Source of the DNA: Hadesarchaea archaeon
GTDB taxonomy: Archaea; Hadarchaeota; Hadarchaeia; Hadarchaeales; WYZ-LMO6
NCBI GenBank assembly: GCA_029259185.1
Contig: JAPDJF010000052.1
Span: 1-12,211, forward strand
Direction: 5' to 3'
Length of the DNA stretch: 12,211 nt
Shown here: piece by piece, positions 7,313 through 12,211 of the stretch
Numbering within the stretch: the first letter of the stretch is position 1
Layout of the letters: the number at the start of each line of letters is the position of its first letter
Notes under the pieces: generated by a model
Database searches by the model: none
The model's input: only the letters and a program-made list of their open reading frames with translations
What the model was told of the DNA's origin: nothing
Made by a program: the position numbers and the translations under genes

Positions 7313-8170
7313 ATGAAGTTCGTCGTCGTGGGGGCAGGAGCGATGGGGAAGTGGTTTGCGAACTTCGGCAGGAGTAAGGGATGGGAGGTTTTGGTATTCG
7401 ACGTGGATGAACGGAAGGCTCGAGCGGTTGGAAGGGAACTGGGGGTTGGGGTGGTGAGTACGCTCGGGGAGGTGGGGAGAAAAGCAGATTCAGTGCTCGT
7501 AGCCGTCCCGGTGGCACGCACTCCGGAGGTTTTGGAAGAATTGGCAGGGGAGCTCGGGGAGGGAAAAATTTTGATGGATATAGCCTCTGTGAAGGAGGGG
7601 GTCGTCTCAACGATGCGAAGAGTTGGGGGAAGACTGGAAATGGTCTCCTTGCACCCCCTTTTCGGGCCGGGTGCTCGTACCCTGAGGGGGAAAATCGTAA
7701 TCTCGGTGCCCGTGAGGGGTGGCAGGAGGTACATGGAGTTCAGAAGATGCTTGATTTCCGGTGGAGCTAGGGTAGTTGAGATGGGAGCTACGGAGCACGA
7801 CAAACTCATGGCCGTGGTCCAAGCGGCCACCCATTTTCTGTTGCTCCTACACCTCGCGACTTTGGAGAAGTCCGGAAGGGAGTGGGGAGAAATCTCAACC
7901 CCGATATTCACCTCGCTTCTAGAGCTGGGGAAAGCTGTGCTAGCCACGAACCCCGAGGTATACGGTGAGATCCAGCTGTTCAATCGATACTCCCGGAGGG
8001 TGAGAGAGCTTTTGGTGAAGGAGGGTGAAAAGTTCGCACGGGAGCTTTCGTCCGGTAAGGTGGATAGGATTTCGCGCGTGTTCGAGAAGGGATTGAGGAT
8101 CTGGGGAGAGGGGGAGATACAAAAAGCCTATGAGAAGCTCTACGAGAGGTTCGAGCGCCTCAACACCTAG
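7313..8170 (+). CDS. tyrA: Prephenate/arogenate dehydrogenase (start at 7313 preferred over 7304, which lies inside the IS end)
   Basis: MKFVVVGAGAMG Rossmann motif, DIASVK, SLHPLFGP and HDKLMAVVQAATH. Confidence 0.92.
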   Translation: MKFVVVGAGAMGKWFANFGRSKGWEVLVFDVDERKARAVGRELGVGVVSTLGEVGRKADSVLVAVPVARTPEVLEELAGELGEGKILMDIASVKEGVVSTMRRVGGRLEMVSLHPLFGPGARTLRGKIVISVPVRGGRRYMEFRRCLISGGARVVEMGATEHDKLMAVVQAATHFLLLLHLATLEKSGREWGEISTPIFTSLLELGKAVLATNPEVYGEIQLFNRYSRRVRELLVKEGEKFARELSSGKVDRISRVFEKGLRIWGEGEIQKAYEKLYERFERLNT

Positions 8171-8303
8171 ATGCCACCGCGCCCTACACCGCCACCCTGC
8201 CCCCCTCTCTCCTCAACCTCCATAAGGTGAGGGGTCATGGTCTTGACCGCCCTCCTCTCATGCTTGGCGGGATCGACTTCTCTCCCTAGGCCTTTTGGTT
8301 AAG

Positions 8304-8376
8304 AGCCCCGGGTGGGCTTTGAACCCACGACCTATCGCTTACAAGGCGATCGCTCTACCCGCTGAGCTACCGGGGC
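8304..8376 (-). tRNA. tRNA-Thr(TGT), no intron, CCA not encoded
   Basis: GCCCCGG acceptor stem, D arm GCTC-AGCGGGTA-GAGC, anticodon arm ATCGC-CTTGTAA-GCGAT, T arm GTGGG-TTCAAAG-CCCAC. TATA-like TTATAATT at about 8398-8405. Confidence 0.97.
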
Positions 8377-8450
8377 TCCCAATATTTACTTGCTGATAAT
8401 TATAATCAAAGACGTTTTTTCATCCCTCCGGTGAACTTCTCATAGGCTCC

Positions 8451-8469
8451 TTCATTTTAATAAAATGAA
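8451..8469. promoter_or_regulatory. Perfect 9-bp inverted repeat, candidate operator
   Basis: TTCATTTTA-A-TAAAATGAA. Confidence 0.4.
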
Positions 8470-8644
8470 AGCTAAAATCAGGGAGGGGGGAATCATCCCA
8501 AGTGATTCCAAGAGAAAAGGGAAAGAGAGGGAAAAATTGCTCGACTTGCTCTTGAACTCGGAGATTGTTACCTCCGGTAAAGAACTGAACAAAGATTTCC
8601 CCAGGAAAAAACGTAGAAAAAGTAACCGAAATTTAAGAAACTAG
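8465..8644 (+). CDS. Possible 59-aa basic protein or antitoxin-like remnant
   Basis: Manual translation: MKAKIREGGIIPSDSKRKGKEREKLLDLLLNSEIVTSGKELNKDFPRKKRRKSNRNLRN. It fills the intergenic gap and is shorter than any ORF in the track. Confidence 0.3.
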   Translation: MKAKIREGGIIPSDSKRKGKEREKLLDLLLNSEIVTSGKELNKDFPRKKRRKSNRNLRN

Positions 8645-9337
8645 GGGTAAAATCTCTCCAAAAATACAGTTCAGGAAGTCTCTCAGCTCTACCCTGCTGA
8701 AAGTGGTGATGACACAGTTCCTAGTTATACCAACCACCATACCGTACCGCTTGAACTCGAAAACTGCATACCAAATTTTTCCGTGCTCCAGGTACTCCTT
8801 GTAGACTCTGGTGTCCGCCAATGCGGCACCAGCCAAAGCCAGTTTCCCGACGTTCGGGATATCGATATCGTCGAACCATATCAGTTTCGTTGCTTGAGGA
8901 TTCGACTCGTGGAGATCCCTAAGTGTCTCGTGGGTTATTCGGGCCTCCACTATCGCTCCCGATCTCAAGAACAATATTTCACTTAGCTTATTGGCCACGT
9001 GATTGGTCAAGAGCTTCCTCACGCCCCTCGGTTTGGAGGGAGCGAGAACTATCAAGAACACATTTTCCTCGAAGGGTCTGACCCAGAACGGAACTTCCTC
9101 GGTGACCGGGATCTCGACTACCCCTCGCTTGTAGTACCGACTTAGGATGAAGTCCTTGCTGAACACGCCAGCCAAGGTGTCGTCCTCTGACCTGAGGTCT
9201 AGGATCTCGGTGGTGAGCTCGATCCTCTTCCCCTCGTGCTCATAGGGCTCCGCTTCTCTGAAGTCCTTAAGCTTTCTCGCCATGGTGGGGAAGTCCACCC
9301 TCTCCCTGAACTCAAACACCTTTGCAGCCAGTACCAC
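8633..9337 (-). CDS. Hypothetical alpha/beta protein (about 234 aa; GTG 9337 preferred over 9388)
   Basis: Long ORF with globular-protein composition. TATA-like CTTAAAG lies about 25 nt upstream of GTG 9337. Confidence 0.8.
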   Translation of the reverse strand: MVLAAKVFEFRERVDFPTMARKLKDFREAEPYEHEGKRIELTTEILDLRSEDDTLAGVFSKDFILSRYYKRGVVEIPVTEEVPFWVRPFEENVFLIVLAPSKPRGVRKLLTNHVANKLSEILFLRSGAIVEARITHETLRDLHESNPQATKLIWFDDIDIPNVGKLALAGAALADTRVYKEYLEHGKIWYAVFEFKRYGMVVGITRNCVITTFSRVELRDFLNCIFGEILPLVS

Positions 9338-9360
9338 ATCGATAAATCTCCACTCAAAGA

Positions 9361-9369
9361 ACTTTAAGA
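9361..9369. promoter_or_regulatory. Candidate shared bidirectional TATA box
   Basis: ACTTTAAGA is centred between GTG 9337 (-) and ATG 9394 (+), about 25 nt from each. Confidence 0.5.
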
Positions 9370-9393
9370 TTGGGGAGGGGACAATCATGATGT

Positions 9394-11295
9394 ATGGTGA
9401 CCACCATCCGGGAGATAATCTTGGAAAACTTCATGAGCCATGAGTACTCGCGTGTCCAGCTTAAACCAGGTCTCAACATTATCTGCGGACCGAACGGAGC
9501 CGGAAAATCATCCATCCTGCTAGGTCTTTCGATCGCACTGGGGCAAACGTACACGGAGAGATCCAAGAGACTCAGCGATTTGATCCGAAGGGGAAAGGAT
9601 CTTGGAAGGGTAAGTGTCGTCTTCGATAATGTCCCTCAGAACGGGAAGCGCCCCATCCCCGATCTGAACTCAGACACCGTGGTGCTTTCGAGGTACTTGA
9701 ACAAGGACGGTACTTATTGGCACGAAATCAACTCCAAAAGCGTCACAAAGGGTGAAGTATTACGTTTTCTCCGGAGGCTCTCCATAAATCCGGATAACAT
9801 GCTTATCATCATGCACCAAAACATGGTCGATACCTTCGGTGCCATAGAGGCCAAGGAGAGACTAAGACTCGTTGAAGAAGCTGTAGGATTACGAGAGTAC
9901 AGAGAGCACATTCTGAGTGCGATGGATAAATTATCCCATACGTTAAGCGAAGAGGAATCAATAAGAAATCTACTCGAGAAGGCCGAAGAGACCCTCCGAT
10001 ATTGGGAAGGTGAGTACGAAAGATTCAAGCGAAAACTGGAACTCGAAGGTAAAAAGCGAGAGCTAGAAGTCGAGTACGCTTGGTCAAAGTGCATCAAGCA
10101 AGAGGAGAACTTGGAGGAGCTGAAATCCAGAATGGTGGATCTGAAGAAAGATCTGGACGAACTCGCAAAAGACTTGGAGAGAACTAGGAATAGAGAAAGA
10201 GAACTCGAGGAACGATTGAGGGAGCTAGAATTCGAAGTTGAAGCGAGTTACGAGAACTTGATAGCCCGAGAGAAGGCTCGAACCGAGGTGGAGACTAGTA
10301 TTACCTTTTTCAACGAACTCAAGGAGACCATCGGGAAAGCTGGCCTCAAGCTCCCCCAATCGCTCAAAGTGGAGTTACCCCCTGCACGGCGCAATTTACA
10401 AGAACTCGAGGAAAAGATCAGAGAAACCAGGTCGAAGATAGCTAGACTCAAAGGAGAGTTAGAGGAGAAGCGGGATTCCTACATAGACTCCCGGGTGCGG
10501 GTAGCCGTCCTCGAATTCAAACGGGGTTTGCTCGAGAGAGAGATTGACTCCTATGTAGGAGAGATCAAGAGGGTGAGGAGAGAACTTGAAACACTAAGGA
10601 GGGAAGCCGAGGAAGTGGGCGGAAGAGTCGAAACCGGAAGAAAACCACAAGAGATTCTAGACGAACTGAAACTCCTGAACGCTCAGCTAATGAGTTTGGC
10701 TGATGTTTCGTCAGATGTGGAGCGAATGTATCTGAGCTACAAAACCACTCTTAAAGAACTGGAAGTCAAAGCACGGGTGGCGACGGAGAACAGGAAGAGA
10801 GCAATTGAAGAACTAGAACTGAGGAAGAAGCGCTGGCGAGAAGAGCTGGAGAGACTTATCGGAGAGGTTAGGAACGAATACGTGGAACTCCTCAAAAGAG
10901 TAAATGCGGACGGAGACATCAGATTAGCAAACTTAGAAGACGTGGACGAGGCCGGACTTGAACTGTACGTGGGCTTTAGGGGAGCTGCACCTCACCTATT
11001 GGATGCTTATGTCCAGAGTGGGGGGGAGCGAACGACTGCGATAATGTTTTTCCTCTTAGCCCTGCAAAAGCAAATCAAATCGCCGATTCGAGCCATCGAT
11101 GAATTCGAGACCCATCTAGACCCCCATAACCGAGAGATGATATTCCAATCCATCGTAGAGTCCACAAAGGGAGAGAAAACTCAATACATCGTTATCACCC
11201 CCGGCCACCTGCTCTATGTCCAAGATGTGCCAAACGTGATAATGGTCCAAAACGTTGCGGGATCCTCTAGGATTAAGGTGGTGGCGAATGCGTAG
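9394..11295 (+). CDS. Short SMC-family ATPase with Smc5/6-like head motifs
   Basis: LENFMSH, Walker A GPNGAGKS, Q-loop IIMHQ, long coiled coil, signature QSGGER, Walker B/D-loop SPIRAIDEFETHLD, YIVITP. 633 aa. Confidence 0.9.
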   Translation: MVTTIREIILENFMSHEYSRVQLKPGLNIICGPNGAGKSSILLGLSIALGQTYTERSKRLSDLIRRGKDLGRVSVVFDNVPQNGKRPIPDLNSDTVVLSRYLNKDGTYWHEINSKSVTKGEVLRFLRRLSINPDNMLIIMHQNMVDTFGAIEAKERLRLVEEAVGLREYREHILSAMDKLSHTLSEEESIRNLLEKAEETLRYWEGEYERFKRKLELEGKKRELEVEYAWSKCIKQEENLEELKSRMVDLKKDLDELAKDLERTRNRERELEERLRELEFEVEASYENLIAREKARTEVETSITFFNELKETIGKAGLKLPQSLKVELPPARRNLQELEEKIRETRSKIARLKGELEEKRDSYIDSRVRVAVLEFKRGLLEREIDSYVGEIKRVRRELETLRREAEEVGGRVETGRKPQEILDELKLLNAQLMSLADVSSDVERMYLSYKTTLKELEVKARVATENRKRAIEELELRKKRWREELERLIGEVRNEYVELLKRVNADGDIRLANLEDVDEAGLELYVGFRGAAPHLLDAYVQSGGERTTAIMFFLLALQKQIKSPIRAIDEFETHLDPHNREMIFQSIVESTKGEKTQYIVITPGHLLYVQDVPNVIMVQNVAGSSRIKVVANA

Positions 11296-12112
11296 GGAAA
11301 CGAAGGAGATCCTCCTTCGCGTAATCGACCTCTGTGAAACCGTTAGAAAACGGGGGCTCGATCCTTTCGATGTAGAAGTTCAAGAATTCTTCGACAAGCT
11401 CAGGGAAATTCTTCCGAGGCTCAAGAGGAGGGAAGATCTTTACCTCGACATCCAAGCATTGCTCAGCCTCGCCGGTGTGATACACCAACAAGAGGAGTGG
11501 GTGAAACACCGTTCTTCGATGCTATACTTGGATCCCCTCCTGATAGCCTTAAAGCTACAGGCGATGCCAGCTAGAGATTTGGCCGAGATCTTCGTTCGTT
11601 CTTGGCACCCCATCGTCGAACTTGAGTCCATCGCCCCCCCAGGGATCTCCGAAGCCAAACGGTACTGGACTGATCTCCCTCCCCTCAAGGAACGTCATGG
11701 CGAACTGAAAAGCACGGAGGTCGGATCGGAGGAAATCGACTCACAAGAACTCTCAAGGATGGGCATACTCAGCACGGAAGAGTTCGAGAATCTCATGCAC
11801 AAAACTTGGGAGGAACTCTGGAAAGCGGTGGGCGAGGATGGGGAGGTTCCGTATTGGGATTTCATCTCCGCTCCAACTTTTGAAGAGACCGTGAAACGGG
11901 CGTGGCTTGTTAGCTTTTTGGTGAGTTACGGTTATGCCGGTATCGAGCTCCGACCGCTGGAGGATGAGATAATACTGATTCCTTCCTCGATGCCTCAACG
12001 ACGGAAAGAAGCCACCGTGTCGATTCCTATCTCTATAACGAAAACCGAGTGGTTGGAGAGGAGAGAACATGGAAGGGAAAGACATCGCGGATCTGAAGGA
12101 GAAGTTAGCTAG
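11288..12112 (+). CDS. Kleisin (ScpA)-like protein (start ATG 11288)
   Basis: GGTGGTG RBS and overlap with the SMC stop. N-terminal GLDPFDVEV resembles archaeal ScpA DPWDIDI. The C-terminal YWDFI...VKRAWLVSFLVSYGYAGIEL...IIL fits a kleisin winged helix. Confidence 0.65.
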   Translation: MRRETKEILLRVIDLCETVRKRGLDPFDVEVQEFFDKLREILPRLKRREDLYLDIQALLSLAGVIHQQEEWVKHRSSMLYLDPLLIALKLQAMPARDLAEIFVRSWHPIVELESIAPPGISEAKRYWTDLPPLKERHGELKSTEVGSEEIDSQELSRMGILSTEEFENLMHKTWEELWKAVGEDGEVPYWDFISAPTFEETVKRAWLVSFLVSYGYAGIELRPLEDEIILIPSSMPQRRKEATVSIPISITKTEWLERREHGRERHRGSEGEVS

Positions 12113-12211
12113 GGCCGCCCAGCTCCTCCTTTTCAAACACCACGTACAACCCGGGGCCAAGGGCTGGGAACTGAAGAGAGCTTTGGGAAGGGATCACGAG
12201 CGGATCATCGA
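12069..12211 (+). CDS. Partial gene, putative kite (ScpB/Nse1/Nse3-like) subunit
   Basis: Manual translation: MEGKDIADLKEKLARAAQLLLFKHHVQPGAKGWELKRALGRDHERII, open to the window end and overlapping the kleisin-like gene. The kite call rests on context and a winged-helix-like start. Confidence 0.55.
   Translation, partial: MEGKDIADLKEKLARAAQLLLFKHHVQPGAKGWELKRALGRDHERII

Noticed and set aside
7252-8122. Minus-strand ORFs opposite tyrA as a possible tnpA
   Set aside because: No HUH/Y1 or serine recombinase motifs, and they lie largely outside the predicted left end.
8171-8300. G-rich stretch downstream of the tRNA as an sRNA, att site or gene remnant
   Set aside because: No clear C/D boxes, no duplicated tRNA 3' end in the window, no integrase, and no convincing start codon.
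11255-11287. Upstream TTG start for the kleisin-like gene given in the ORF track
   Set aside because: ATG 11288 has a good RBS and a short overlap with the SMC stop, so it is the better start.

Overview
Archaeal genomic window, judged from TATA-box promoters, GGTGA-type ribosome-binding sites, class III signal peptides and the DKFP-type aromatic pathway; the lineage cannot be fixed from sequence alone. From left to right it contains: (i) a minus-strand operon of at least five class III signal-peptide (type IV pilin-like) genes, the last running off the left edge; (ii) a ~250-300 nt structured non-coding element ending in an IS200/IS605 right end, which looks like an expanded, orphan TnpB omegaRNA directly abutting the pilin promoter; (iii) an aromatic amino acid operon (aroA', aroB', aroD, aroE, tyrA); (iv) a 916-bp IS200/IS605 element inserted between aroE and tyrA, whose tnpB has an in-frame deletion of most of the RuvC/zinc-finger region and whose precise removal would give an in-frame AroE-TyrA fusion; (v) tRNA-Thr(TGT); (vi) an unknown gene divergent from a short, apparently hinge-less Smc5/6-like ATPase followed by kleisin-like and putative kite-like genes. 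All assignments come from motif recognition by eye; no searches were run.
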